From contig NW_003526941.1 of NCBI RefSeq assembly GCF_000181795.1, positions 5,557,053 to 5,621,052 of the forward strand: a stretch of DNA of 64,000 nt, in the 5' to 3' direction. Shown piece after piece: positions 11,659 to 23,762 of the stretch. This stretch comes from Trichinella spiralis. Taxonomy: Eukaryota. Each line of letters begins with the position of its first letter. Position 1 is the stretch's first letter. The notes beneath the pieces are model-generated. The model saw only the letters and a list, made by a program, of their open reading frames with translations, ran no database searches and was not told where the DNA came from. Made by a program: the position numbers and the translations under genes.

Positions 11659-14600
11659 GCCATCAAAAGAAACGTCGTACTTGCTAAATGATAATAATGT
11701 AATTCTGTCGTGGATAAAATGTGTACACTTTACGTATTTAACTGCAATCAGGAGCAAATTCAATACTTACCGATGTTTGTGATGCCACATTTAAAACGAA
11801 TTGATGGGAGCATGACGTACAACAGTTTCCAGAGCAAAAAGAACATGAAAAAAGTTCGGTTGAGATAACGAAATCTGTTATTATAGATGTTATATCGTTC
11901 AATATACATTTAATAATCGCATCTTCCTGCTATTTAATAAAACAAATTCAATACTTACTTTTTCCTACCTTTCATGAACGCAATGATGGCAACATCAACA
12001 ACCACAGTGGCACATGGTATTGCGAATCCAAACCTCTTCGAATCCTGATTTCTTCTATCCAATTCATTCTTACTCTTACGATGAAGTAGCTCAGAAGAGG
12101 AACACTTGGGACACTTGATTTGCACGGTAAAAGCATCGACAGGAAGATGATTAAACCAAAAAACGGATTAAATAATAAACACCGATTAAAAACAAATGGA
12201 ATTTAGAAATTATGATGCACTGTTATTCGTCTTCAATTACTTTTCATAATGACTGTTTTATATATAAGTATCATTGCAATTGCTATTTTCAGTTTATAAA
12301 AACTGGACGCAGTGTTATCAATGGAGCAGAGACATTGTTTTACTTACTTGTTGTGTACATGTAAACATAAAATTGACATTAAAAATGTCTACTATGATAT
12401 TACTTACATAATGTGGCAGATAGGAATAAAGTGATGTGGTGTTACTGGCGTTGCTAAAGTACAATTTCAACATTACGGAAATTTCCAGAATCTGGATAAA
12501 ACCATAACTATAAATAAAAATCAGTAAAAACTTATGATGCACTGTTTCATTATCTATAACTCTTCATAATATGATTGTTTCACACTGACTGATATAAATA
12601 TGAAATAATGGAAATTCTGAAAACGAATTATATCAGTAGAGTTAGGTCAAGATAAAAAAACAGTCATACTTACTTATTCGTCTTCAGCATTTCATGTGAG
12701 CTTCTGAAAATTAGCAACAATAATAATAACAGAGAAAAAGAGAGAAAGAGACCCGTCAGTTACCATACCCCATATTAGTAGAGTAATACAAATAACATGC
12801 AAAGCATAACACAACCACAATATCAAAAATTATTCTTACCGGTTATTCATGAAAGCGATAAAGTAATATAACAGCGCTATTTGATTAACGTGCCTAAACA
12901 TAAGCGTTAAGAAGCGAAAATATAGTTGACCACTTGCCCGATGAATAGCATGGCAGCGAACTGAATAGTTAAATGCAAACAAAGTACTCTTATACAATCT
13001 ATAATAATATGCAAATTATGCAAATCACATAAGCACTTGCCTCCGGTGGAACAACCTGATTCTCTATTTGTAATAGTGCACTGCAATGAACATTATGAAC
13101 AACATTATTAAATTGACGATGAAATTTATTACGTTTTTATTTACCCACTTCATATTATTACGTCAAATTGCATCATTATGCAAATTATATTGCTAACATT
13201 CGATGAAACGAAAATTCATCAACCTGAAGCATTGCAAATTACTAAAAATAACCGGAAATACAATTATTGTATTGATTGAATTTACCTGCTCGAAATTAGA
13301 TGATGCAATAATTTTTATTGCCGAATGCTTTTCTTTTAATGAAAGATAGACTGGAAACTTCGACTGTTTCGGCAGAAGGTGATGAATCACCAGAGTTAAG
13401 GAGGAAAGGATGTATGCCTACAACATTGGGAATGGTGGTAGCGGGGAAGAAGTCAGGGATGCGTCATATGCAATTCGATCTGTTTTGTCAATTGATTTAA
13501 AAGATTTAAATGAGGAAATAATTCTGAGTTCCATCTTCAAGAATCATGGAAGTACAGGATCAGTTTGAACAATATTCATGCCTGTTTTGTTAGGCACGGA
13601 GCTGTCTTTAGTATCTATATGCGATCATGGAGTAAAACCGCTCCACTGGGCAGCTTCACAAGTGATGAGGATCAACATCCGGTGACTAATATCAGCAGTT
13701 GTGCATACAGTGGCTGCAAGAATACTTCATTGGGTAATGTCATTTCCAGGAAATCGAAAATAACTATACATGATAGGAAGACAGCTGCCGAGAGCTGTTC
13801 TCACCTTTTTATCGCTGAAAACAATGCCCTGGCAATCAGTGCCGTTGGGATAGATCCTGGCCATTGTTCAAAGTCATAACAGAATTGCAGGAGGAGAATG
13901 CACGAAGATCAGCGCGATCTTTGATCTTGTTGAAACACAGTGAATTTGTTCTATAATAGAAGGAAGGAGGCTGTCAGAAATTGAAATAATCTTTCTCTCC
14001 TCAATCTTTGGGATCATAATCGCATGACTGCGCACAATCTATTAATGTTAAATGTCTTACCAAACTCCGCGACAAACGATAGTTGTTTTTTCAAGGATGG
14101 ACAGCAAGTTGTGCGGAGCGGTCCGCAGCCGTCTAGCTTGAAGTATGGGAGGCGCATATGAACGTACGGCATACAAGCTTCTATCAATCATGCAGCAAGT
14201 CACCTGTAAGAGTGGCAGGGGATCACATGAAATTCAGACTGACGCAACAGCGCTTTACTGATCATACAATCGACTTCATGACCGTCCAGCAGTTGATCCC
14301 ACTGTGTCATCGATTGGCATAAAAGCATCCGTTCAGTATTTGATGTAAGTATCTAAAAATTAGCAATAATAATACCAACAGAAAGAAATGGAGAACCGTC
14401 AGTTACCATACACCACATTAGTAAAGTAATACAAATGACATGCAAAGCAGACCATAACTACAATATCAAATCAGTGTTACCGGTTATTCATGGAAGCGTC
14501 AAGGAGCGGAAATATAGTTGACCACGTGCCTGACGAACAGCATGGCACTGAACTGAATAATTCAACGCGAACAAAGTACTCTTATTCAATCGTAATAATA

Positions 14601-14948
14601 TGTAAATTATGCAAATTACAAAGCACTTGTCTCCGGTGGAACAACCTAATTCTCTATGCGTAATGGTGCAGTGCAATGAACATTATGAACAACGTTATCG
14701 AATTAGACGAGGAAATTTATTACGTTTTTATTTACACACTTCATATTATTACGTCAAATTGCATCATTATGCAAATTATAATGCTAAGATTCGCTGAAAC
14801 GAAAATTCATCAATCTGAAGCATTGCAGAATACTAAAAATAACCGGAAATACAATTATTGCGCTGGTTGAATTTAGATGCTTGAAAGTGGGAAATGATGC
14901 AATAATTTGTATTTTACAAATATTTTTTTGTAATCAAAAATAGACTGG
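11659..14948 (-). repeat. Right outer arm of long inverted repeat (one full plus one partial 1.6 kb unit)
   Basis: Starts ccatcaaaagaaacgtcgtacttgc (rc of ~8208-8233) and ends gtaatcaaaaatagactgg (rc of ~4953-4972). ORF 13565-13879(+) mirrors ORF 4428-4688(-). Confidence 0.95.
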
Positions 14949-15279
14949 TAATAAATATATGGCTTCTACTAAAAGTAGTCTCTAAAATGAAATACATTTT
15001 CAGATTTATAAACAACCGAATGGCATTTATGATATTTTTGGCCTATGGTATTGGCTTAGCTGGAAGAATCTGTGAATCACAAGCGCTGCGGGATTTCGAG
15101 ACATTATTCCGTGCGAGCGTTCGTATTGCATTGCATGAAAAAATTAAAACAGAAGACCCAGGGGCGACCGAGAGTTGCTAGTATTACTCTTGAAAATAAA
15201 AACGTATATCACTGTTCGACAAATGTTATGGACTATCGTAAGATTTGCTCCACCCCATCATGACTAAGCTCTCTGCATT

Positions 15280-16031
15280 CAACTGAAAATGCTCAAACGA
15301 CTTACTGAATTTCAACGTTGAAAGCAGTGTAATTTCAGAGATCTATTATGCAAATCAACACTGCTGTTTGGCAAATCACCTAACTTAACAATGCTATACT
15401 GTGTGGAAATTCAGTTCTTCAGATTTGAAAAAAGTCAATGGTACTGCAGTTTTACGCTACTATTTACCAGATATTTAGCAAAGAAATCTGAATTCATGAA
15501 TAATGCAACAAGATTGCAATGAACAAAGAAAGATATTTTTTATAACCAACATATCAATTTGTAAAAATGAAAATCTTTTATATCTTCAACTGGTAGAAAA
15601 AATGATGGGCAAATTGTAATTCAAAAGTCATCATTTGCATTCACATCGTTTCGAAATTGACAATTGAACAATAACAGTAACAGTATTTTTTAGAAAGGTA
15701 AAAATGAAAATAATTCATTACTTACTGTGAGTTTTCATTGTTTAAAACAAGTCAACGGCATCTGAATACAACTGAAAATAAATTGTATGAAAAAGCATTC
15801 ATTTATGCGTAAAATATATGGTAAATAGGATTTTTCTTTGTCAAATAACATGCAAGTAGTTGTTGTGCATAAGCACGCAATGGCAATTACTTATTTCAGT
15901 AAAGGAAAACCACTGAGCAGCTACTGCTTCAGCAACTGAACAGATTACTAATTGAATTTCAACGGTCAACACATTGCAATTTCAGAGATACATTATGCAA
16001 ATCAAAATCGTTGTTAGGAAAATCACCTAAT
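15280..16031 (+). repeat. Degenerate ~100 bp direct repeat pair (15280-15385 and 15933-16031)
   Basis: tgaatttcaacg...aatttcagagat..attatgcaaatcaa...aaatcacctaa is present in both copies. Confidence 0.7.
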
Positions 16032-17006
16032 TTCTGATAGTAATTTAGCGTTAAAAATTTCCATAGTTTACACTGCTCACATAAATTCATTTGTGAAATC
16101 AGAGTAACTCTGCAAATTAATCGACTTCATATTACTATTTTTAAGGTTTATTTATCATATAGTTTCTATTACGTTGCAAAAGAGTGTAATTTTCCAATGG
16201 CTGGCTATACGTTATCTATATAGCTGGCGATAGGGAGATTGTTCTGAAAAAAATTTCATTTTATCATAGAATTTCCCATTGGTAGAACATAAATTTAAGA
16301 AAGTTGTAATTTAAATTTGAAATCTGTAAAATAATATATTGTGTAAAGCTTTTCTTCATTCTTACTTTATAATATTTATAATACACACGACTGAACCTAT
16401 CCAATAAATTTTACTGACATTTATGAATAATTTATGGGTGGAATTTTGTGATCACTGTTGAAAATTTTAAATGAAAGCAAATATGAATATAGTCTATACC
16501 GTCCTGTTTGTTTTTGTATTACTGTTGATTAGTTGAAGAAATTATTATTACTCTTTGCATCAAATAAATATTTCTCACATGTAATTTTATATTGTATTTT
16601 TGAAAGCGGATGTTTAAGTTATTTTGTATTGGTTTTAAATTTGTCAAATCAAATTCGTGCGCTGAATTCTGAAACAAGCTTCTCATTCAATGATATGACT
16701 TGTCTTTAAGCTTCGAAACTGGTTGGGAAAACTTTCCGAAACCACTCAACTACGTGTGCGACCAAACTGCAAATAGAAAAGCCGGAATTGTCCAAGCAGG
16801 GCATTTGTGATGCTTTCATCAGTTCTATCTAGCCGGTCTTAACAAGCCACCCCGCCCACACCTGCGCTCTGGTCAAAGGTTTCATCTCGGTGCTGTGCAG
16901 CCAATACAGTCCCATTTCTCTCTACAAACAGCAACACACACTGCTTCAATTGAATAATAATCATAAATCATAATCATAATATATTACAACAATAAAGATA
17001 ACAGTG

Positions 17007-19993
17007 ATGATAATAATGCAGACGTTGTGCAGCAGCAGCATGCTCGTTTTGGCGGTAGCGATTCTTTCCATCACTACTGTTCATCATTTGCATACAGATG
17101 CCGGACCAATTTATGGTTCTGACATCTCGGCGGCACTCACTGTTGATTTGGATGTTGCTACGGCAAATTTCAACAAACAAACTTTCATCGCCACTACCCC
17201 AAAGCCTCGTATATTTGAAAAAGATATTCCGCTTTGTTTTTCTTCACTATTTTTTTTCTTTTCAATTCTATAGTGTACAGTATGCCATCGTTGGGTATGC
17301 CTTGTCGGGATAATAGCAGCTGTGATGGTCTGCTCAATTCCTACTGCGCTGACGATTCAACTTGTCAATGTTTACCATATTTCCTTCCTGACCCTGTCAT
17401 GCCATACATGTGCAGTATGGGTATGTTGGAAATGTTGAAAAATCAACGCCATTTTTGTCTATCAAAACGGACGTCATTTTTCATTTCCATTCCATTTCAG
17501 CTCCAATATATGGAGAACTTTGTCAAAGGGATAAAAGTTCCTGTAAGCCTTTTGTTTGTAATTCAACCGGATTCTGCGACTGCCCAGACGGTTATGAGCC
17601 TGATTACTTCACTTGCATCAAAAGTAAGTTTATCCGTAAAAATGGAAGTATATTTCAATTTCAACTATCCCAGGTTGCAAATTTGGAATGATCGCCATCA
17701 ATGATCAGTGTTACGAAAGTAAGACGTTCAAAGAAGTTACATGCCAAAAGCTGAACTAAAGCAACATAAGCTTCAATTTATTATAAGTATCGATTACAAT
17801 TTGCGTATTTTAGAAAAACAAATTAATGAGCAATGCGAAATGGCCGGCCAATGCGTGAACGCTTATTCTCAATGCTTGCATGGTAAATGTCAGTGCATTC
17901 CTGGGGTAGAAGAACGAAACGGCAACTGCTATCCAGGTAAACATGAACAGGCTGTTTTCTTTGTTAAATTTAAAAAAGAAACTACGTTTTTCCTTTTTTT
18001 CTTGTTTGATAATAAAAAACATTATTTTGCCTTTAAATAAAAAAAATCACTTAACCAGGAAACTTTCATCAACAGGATAATTGATAGTGCTGTTAGTCAT
18101 ATGGAGTGTGTATTTTTGCACAAGCAAGCAATGTGCTTGCATTTTCAAGTGAACCAAGCGGAATAATGTAAACAATTCGTTGAATAGTCAAGTTAGAAAG
18201 CAAACAAAAAGCTCTCCCCACTCAGCAGCCGCACATCAAGATAGCTAGGCTAGCAACCACGTGCCAAAATGCAAATTTTCAAAACAGGAAAAATGATTAT
18301 TACTCTCATCGGAAGGAATTTTAAGAAAAATTACGCATTCAATAAGAGTTTAAAATATTTTTCCAAAGTAATCAATATGCAGCTAACAAACAATAAAATA
18401 AAATTACAAAATCTACAAAGCGTGGATTAATAATCCCTTTTTACAATATGAAATGTAATTGTCAAAATTTTAAACAAAATTAAATTTCAATGCTTACTGT
18501 TCAGTAGCACAATGTCCAATTGGACAACCGGCAAAGGATAAGTTTGGACGAATGATAGAATGTGAAACGGATGACATCGGCCAATGTCCAGAGAGTTACC
18601 ATTGTCTCCTCATGGGTGAAAATCACGGCTTTTGCTGTCCAAGAACAAGTAGGCTCGCATGTTCATAAATGAATAAATAAATCACCAAAGGAACAATCAT
18701 TGTTTATATATTAAGAAGTGAACTGCCCTGTGGGCCAAGCGTTGATGGATCGTAATTGCACCAATTGCCCTTGGGAAACGCACTATTGCTTCATATATAC
18801 AATTGGTAACAAAGAAGAAAGCATGTGCTGTCCAAGCGGTAAAGCCGTGTTGCATTGAACTGTTGCTAACTGGAATGAATTAATAATTTTCAGCTTGTCC
18901 AATCAGCGCTCCATTGTCAATTGATGGCAAATGTTACACGAGTATGTTTTTTCATTTGAAATTTTAAAAAATCCACTCAGGTAGCATTTGCAGACAGCGA
19001 ATGAAAATTTCATATTTTCATCATAGGAAGCGCTTTCAGTTCATCTTGCGAGCACGACAAGCAGTGCTTTTCGACAATAGATGCCGTTTGTCGTGAAGAT
19101 GCAGACGGTGAAAAGAAATGCCTTTGTCCAGAAGGGAATTACATAAATTATTTCGGTCGATGTTTGCGAGGCAAGCAAGCAATTTCAGTGGTGGTAGTTC
19201 AGTTTCTGATATATTTTTTTCACTGCAGAATCAAAATTGGGCGATACTTGCCAAGTGAATGAAGAATGCAAACTTGGAACTAACACCCTTTGCATAAATG
19301 GAACTTGCCAATGCTATGTCGGCTACATGCCAGTGCCAGTTGATGTAGGTGAAATACCCACACGTTGCATTGGAGGTGAGCTTTGAAATCAACCACATTG
19401 AGTGCATGGATAATAGTAGAAGTAAGTGAATTTTTGTTACTGCAGAGCCGTTTTGTCCAACGAAAGATGGTCCCAAAGCCATGAAAAAGTACGTGGAATG
19501 CAACGAAAACGACGCCAACTGCGCCGAAGGTGAATACTGCCGTAAATGGTGGATGGAACAACATCGAAACTATTCTACTTGCTGTTCAAAACCGAGTAAA
19601 ATTTGCATGCCACTTTCTACGCCTCAGATTTCTAAAATTCGACTAATGAATAATGACTTTTAAGCAATTGAAGACTACGAAGCCATCTGTGAACATCTGA
19701 ACATGCGTCTCAGTTACAGAGATGCGCAGAAGACCAAACCGTTGCAGTGTACAATGCAATTTTTCCAGTCTTCAATTTTGATCACTAAACATCGTATTCG
19801 ATCCGAATGTCCAACCGGGGCACATTGTCTCTTCAACCCTTACAGCATCAATACGGTCAATGCCGGCATATGTTGCAAAGAAAAGGTCCAAAGAAGTTCG
19901 AAAATGTTTCCACAGCGACCGCTGGAAATTGTCGACGACGTACAAACAGACTTTCCAAGCTGGTATTTAGAAAGCCCCGTGCAAGCAGCCTGA
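17007..19993 (+). CDS. Secreted cysteine-rich protein with EB modules and WR1/lustrin-type repeats (~12 exons)
   Basis: Signal peptide MLVLAVAILSITTVHHLHTDAG. EB-like CRDNSSCDGLLNSYCADDSTCQC and CEMAGQCVNAYSQCLHGKCQC. WR1-like CPIGQP...CPESYHC...GFCCP and CPVGQA...CPWETHYC...CCP. Short introns link the frames. Confidence 0.85.
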
Positions 19994-20116
19994 ACTGAAT
20001 AAGCGATGCTTGCAATTAATTTATTACCAATATTTCTTTTTATTCAAAGCAGATATCGTAAAAAATTTCCTCTTTATTTTCCGTTATTTTGTAGAACTGT
20101 TTTGAATAAACAAATA

Positions 20117-21834
20117 TCATTCGATGAAATCTTCCATATCTACCGCCTTCGTATGAAGCATCTCTTTGGCTAGCTTCGGTTTCACGTGCGATATTGGCAC
20201 CTCTTCCTAAAATTATCTCGAATAATAATTACTAGAATAAAAATAAGCATTGTAAAATTATGTTATACGTACAACAATATTATAGCTGCGGTGCCAAAGT
20301 TGAACCAATCCAGTTTGTGCGGTTTTCGCATTAACAACTACAGCACGTAGTGTTCCAAAGCTTCTGTAAAATTGCCATAATTCTTTTACAGCTGAAGTAG
20401 CTTCATCGTTAGCATCCGACTGAAGTGTCAGTCGACGATGAGCACAATTCAACCTGGATACATAAAATGAATAAAGTAGACGCTGTGCAAGTTCGCCGAC
20501 TTCGGCTTGGAGTTCGAAATTTGCCGAAATCACTTCAAACAGTACAATTTTGTAAGGTGCAAGTGCTGCATGCAAATTAATCATCGGCTAAACAAACAAT
20601 TGAAAATTTGATTATAACCCAGTGAAAGGAGAGAATAGAACAAAACACTATATTAGAATGGTACTGGATTTAAATTTGACTTTTGATCGTTGACGTCGAC
20701 CACGGTCAAACCATTTATTAGCAAAGTGGCCAGTGCTGCTTCGACGTTCATCGAACAACGAATGTAAGCAGTGTCATTCTAAATAATCTGGAAAATTTAG
20801 TGAAACAAAAAAAATTTTTTATGTAATAATTAAAAAAACAATTTTCCCAACCTCTTCCAACCAGCTTACAGTTTCCACTGGAATAGGAGCATCTTTGTTT
20901 ACCAGAGTAGGATCATTTGGCAGATTCAAACAATATCCAATGGTTGTACAACGCTTGTCAACGGACAGTGCAGTTTGGAAATCAGAACTCCAATTGCTGA
21001 TCTAAAAATTTTGCAAAAAATCACTCGTGTAAATTGCTGAACAACTTCGCTTATCATCGAATCGAGTAATCAATGTTCGTCAAACAGTATAAATTTAACC
21101 AGTGCAATTAATTGAACAACAAATATGAAATGGAATAAAATTATCATATTACTTCTTTCCAAAATGCCGAACGACGTCGATTCCATTTATCAAAAGCTAA
21201 TCCAACAGTCTTCGGAGCTGGCAAATGGTACACATGGCAGTGAAGACATGAAGATGTTCTGCAATTCAGCGTACATTGTATTACAGAATTATGAGGATAA
21301 ACTACTTGGACAAATTCCAATTTATCTATTTACCCGAACAATGAGTTGAGCAATGGCTTTGCATCCGGAGATCCGACATTAACTGTTTCAACAACAACGC
21401 TATATGGCCGTTGGACTGAAAACTGAGACTGCAAAAGTTCACCAGTTCGAAGTACCACTGACATGAAAAAAATATTTTAATTTAAATAAAAAGAAATTAC
21501 CAAATTGCAAAATTCATAATGCACATGCAAAACACACACAGAGAGACAATGAGGCAACATCGTACTTTCAAATATTTCATCAGTTGAACTTTTTATCATC
21601 GGTGAAAGAAGATGACAGTCATACGTGTTGCGTGTTTTGATCGAATGACGCCTAAAATTCAAATTATATTTTTAAAAGAAAAATTCCTTTTCAAAAAATA
21701 ACAACAGAACACCACCACTGAGCTAGTAGATTTTGACGAAGCAAACTGCCCAGAGGACCCAAGCTACGACCGTTTTTGGAACTTTTAACCAAAAATCCGC
21801 ACTCTTCGAAACGTTTCACGTATTCTTTCAACAT
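20117..21834 (-). CDS. POLG2: Mitochondrial DNA polymerase gamma accessory subunit (POLG2-like); 8 exons, ~370 aa
   Basis: Spliced translation gives LGPLGSLLRQNLLAQWW (human FGPLGVELRKNLAAEWW), FDKWNRRRSAFWKE (LDFWLRHRLQWWRK), INLHAALAPYKI (LKLHPCLAPIKV), VVVNAKTAQTGLVQLWHR (VLVTETTLENGLIHLRSR) and EEVPISHVK (KEMMHISKLK), in the correct order. Confidence 0.85.
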
Positions 21835-22206
21835 TTTCACTAGTGATCTTTCCATAATAGCACCTTTACATAATACATGTACAGCATTTTCAGCAAAGCA
21901 AATTAAAATTAAGCAAAATTAAATTTTCAATTAACAGAAAGTAAACTTTATAATATTATAATAATAAATTCTGGCAAAATTACCATGTCGCATTTTTCGG
22001 AAAAGAAAATAGCAAATAATCAAATGGTAATAAAAATGGATTTGTTACATTTTATTTTATCATATCATCAGCATGTTGATAAATATGAATTTAAAAAAAT
22101 CTACACAATTCATTTCATTTCTCCCAATTTTAAATCAATCGAAATAAGATCCCCCGTTTGCGCTTATCAATCAATCAATCAATGTACGTGCAAAGAGAGA
22201 AATATT

Positions 22207-23762
22207 TCACGGAACTGTCGCAGATGAACATACTGGTGCAGTGGAGAAAATGTTGTACACGTTGATCAAAGGGAACATCACCACCGCCCCGATGAATGAT
22301 CCCAACTGAGAAAATATACCACACCAAAGCAGACGGGATTCCACTTCTGATTTGCGCAAACGATTTGCAATGATTGTTCTCAAAAATGAGCAAAGTCCCG
22401 TAGCAATTACAAATGAACCAACCTAAAGTAGAAGATAAACTTGGAAATCAAATTTTTAAAAATTTCTGTACAAAACAAACAACTGACAAATTACAATCGT
22501 CTACCTGCTTCATCATAATATAACAAATAAATGAATAAAAAAAATACTCACACATAGAAACGAACCGACAAATGTTTCTTTCAAAACACCAAATGGACTC
22601 TGAGAGGCTAAATATAAAATATACGAGCAAGCAATGACAACAACACTGGTCAACAAGGCCATGATGCGCAGAGATGTCACCGGTACGACGAACGACAAAT
22701 AACTGCATATTGGATTTGCCAAACTGGAAAGCACAATCACCATCTGAAATACAGTCTGACCGTACGGTAAGCTGGCGTAGGATTGGACGGTCGGCATGAC
22801 ACCATTGATCAGGCAACAGACGATCGTCGTGAAAGCTAGCAAAATCGCGCACTGCGATCTGGACAGATGCGCATCTTGGGACGACAACAGCGCGGAATCG
22901 GTTTCAGCAGCGGACGTTTTCGACGTTTTGTCGTTTGGATTTTGAATTTCAGTTGCATCTGGAAGAATGTGCAACAACAAAAACGCGCACAAACCAATGC
23001 AAACCCACAGGCAAATAATTAAAAAGAAAACCGTAACACTGAAGCGTGCTTCCACTGGAACAGCCTCGGTTGAGTTGGTTGAACTGTTGAAAATACAGTT
23101 CACATTCCCTGAGCCTTGACTCAACGACAATATACTCGGAATAAGGCCGCTCAAGCCGAGACCGACAAAATACATGTTGGTAAAGCTTTGATGAAAATAA
23201 TACATGTACGGGAGATAGAGAACGTTGCTGGTGCAGTCGACTAAAGCGTGAATGAAAAACAAACTCAAAAGTGCCACACTTCGTGGAACACCGGATACAA
23301 TGCTCGTTTCTTTCCACAAAAATGACAACAACAAAGATGTCAATGCATCGACGGCGATAGACGCGACAATAATTTTCGCCGGTTTCTGAATGAACGGAAA
23401 ATGAGCAAAGTACCTTTTCGCCAAAGAAAACAAAGCGGGACCCAAAATGGCCACTTGAACCAAAAGTGCCAAAAACGACGGCAAAGCCCATCCTTCAGGA
23501 AGAGTGTTCACCAAAAACGGCAATTCTACCCAAACTGAATTCACAGTTATCCATCCACACGAACCAAACAAAACCACAAGAATGTAAAATTTAAGCCAAT
23601 GCTTAGTACAGGATCGAGAGTGCCTAAAATATAAAGCATAAACAACGAAAAATATTGAATTGAATCAGAAAAACAAATTTAAAGTAAATAAACATAATAA
23701 TACAAATAAAATCAATCGATGACTTTAAAATACGGCTTAACAATTAATTCGCACCTACACAT
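22207..23762 (-). CDS. SLC52A: Riboflavin transporter, SLC52A family; 3 exons
   Basis: FGSCGWITVNSVWVELPFLVNTLPEGWALPSFL, GLGLSGLIPS, QSYASLPYG, terminal LLWCGIFSQLGSFIGAVVMFPLINV; multiple TM helices. A micro-exon ATGTGTAG at 23755-23762 is inferred. Confidence 0.92.

Larger units (their letters stand above)
3978..14948. mobile_element. ~11 kb nested palindromic (foldback-like) repeat element; no intact transposase seen
   Basis: 4955-8233 is the reverse complement of 11659-14948 (colinear; coordinate sums ~19892-19903). Inner diverged arms, mirrored motif arrays and a GC-rich core lie between. The palindrome is certain; mobility is inferred. Confidence 0.55.

Noticed and set aside
4428..14870. 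ORF-track peptides in the repeat arms (MRSWSKTAP..., MNIMNN..., MHCTIT...) as a small-protein family
   Set aside because: They recur only because the DNA is repeated. Many use non-ATG starts, are frameshifted between copies or lie antisense to the splice-like signals.
963..14948. PrimPol as the replicase of the adjacent palindrome (self-replicating element)
   Set aside because: The gene has an intron, a cellular-type Zn finger and an RPA-binding-like tail, and lies >1 kb outside the symmetric region. It looks like the host orthologue.
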